Shown: positions 63,023 to 64,000 of the stretch, one piece after another | How the letters are laid out: each line of letters opens with the position of its first letter | How positions within the stretch are numbered: the first letter of the stretch is position 1 | From: Balanoglossus misakiensis | Lineage: Eukaryota > Animalia > Hemichordata | Assembly (NCBI GenBank): GCA_040954595.2 | Contig: CM082579.2 | Span: 15,290,550 to 15,354,549, forward strand | Direction: 5' to 3' | Length of the DNA stretch: 64,000 bases | Made by a program: the position numbers and the translations under genes | The notes under the pieces: model-generated | Databases searched by the model: none | Told to the model about the DNA's origin: nothing | Seen by the model: the letters and a program-made list of their open reading frames with translations, nothing else

Positions 63023-63472
63023 CACAGGGGGCTGCAAACATGAAAGTTATAAATGGCGAAGTACGTTCCATTCTGCGTTTTCTCAACCTGTCTTATCATT
63101 TGCTAATCCAGAATAAAAGCTATCCATTTCCCATTAATCACCTGCTAACGACTTAATCTGTGTGCCCCATCCACGGATTAAGTTAATAAAGTAAACATCG
63201 GTCAGCGAGTACTGGGTATTCTCTTACCAAGTGAGAACTGACCGATGTTTACTTAATCCACTAAATCCGTGGATGGGGCACACAGATTAAGTCGTTAGCA
63301 GGTGCTTAATGGGAAATGCAATAGTTTGTATTCTGGATTAGCAACTGCTAAGACAGGTGGAGGTAACACAGAAAAATAAACAAGCACAAAGACTGTTCAT
63401 CAATTAATGTTTATTGGGGGAAAATGCAGGAACTCCGCCTTTTATAACTTTCATGTTTGCAGCCCCCCTGTG
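63023..63472. mobile_element. Hairpin (foldback) MITE
   Basis: Termini cacagggggctgcaaacatgaaagttataaa / tttataactttcatgtttgcagcccccctgtg; the arms pair inward to a ~32-nt loop (63206-63237). No clean TSD. Confidence 0.85.
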
Positions 63473-64000
63473 CGAGTACTACCACTTAGCAGTGGTTCAA
63501 GATGATCCTGTTGAAATTGTAAGTTTTTCTCTTATTTCTTTTTTGAACCTGGACCTGGTAATTAGCTTAGTTTAAGTAATATTGATTATTGGACCTGGTT
63601 TGATGTCTTATTATAACAACTACAGAAGAATCTCTGGACACAGTGAAATACACTCCAGGGTTATGGTAATGACTGACAAATTGTCAGTTTAAAAAAGTAG
63701 ACAAAGAACTCAGTTAAATATTATAATAAAAATATGCTTTTAATATAAGGAAAAGGTACAATTGATATACTTGTAATTAAAACATAAATATAATGATGAA
63801 ATTCTTCAACTGTTCTGTAGTTGCACCAGTATTTGTATAAGCTAAAAATGTTGACTTCTGGCAGGACAACTCAAACAGATATTAAACTTATTTATAGTAC
63901 TTCCACTTCATGACTTTGTTCAAAAATTTCCCAAACTTATTTCATTGTTGATGAGTTGTCACCTCCGAACAACACAAAAAGGAACAGTTTGTATAAAAAA

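Noticed and set aside
62966-63518. Host exon interrupted by the hairpin MITE (ends ..GAAATT|gtaagt)
   Set aside because: No clean open frame after removing the MITE and no recognisable domain; more likely a repeat remnant.

Overview
AT-rich, repeat-dense animal genomic DNA. Spliceosomal exons and the repeat styles suggest a marine invertebrate; the taxon is an inference. The left end holds two in-phase minus-strand exons of a pentraxin/LamG + EGF-like gene whose next upstream exon I could not find, so much of the window may be one large intron. Two large symmetric structures dominate the rest. (1) 3.5-21.8 kb: three rearranged copies, in alternating orientation (+,-,+), of a five-exon gene for a ~277-aa tandem OB-fold (RPA/HIN-like) protein. 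No copy is complete, but every exon survives somewhere with compatible splice phases. The block also has exon-scale inversions, a ~309-bp tandem array, tRNA-derived heads and a 2.07-kb tandem duplication. (2) 29.5-56.9 kb: a ~27-kb diverged palindrome with ~10-11-kb arms. The arms are built of nested inverted repeats, carry arm-specific transposon insertions with clean TSDs, and enclose a ~6.3-kb spacer containing a truncated secreted pentraxin gene. Between the two structures lies a young Mag-like Ty3/Gypsy element (identical 204-bp LTRs, tRNA-Leu PBS, gag/pol split by a +1 shift), inserted in a decayed GC-rich ORF that may be a TatD-like retroelement accessory gene. The right end has an 86-bp satellite, a possible solo LTR, a CR1/L2 RT fragment and a hairpin MITE. 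All alignments were made by eye, and boundaries are approximate unless splice sites or TSDs are quoted.
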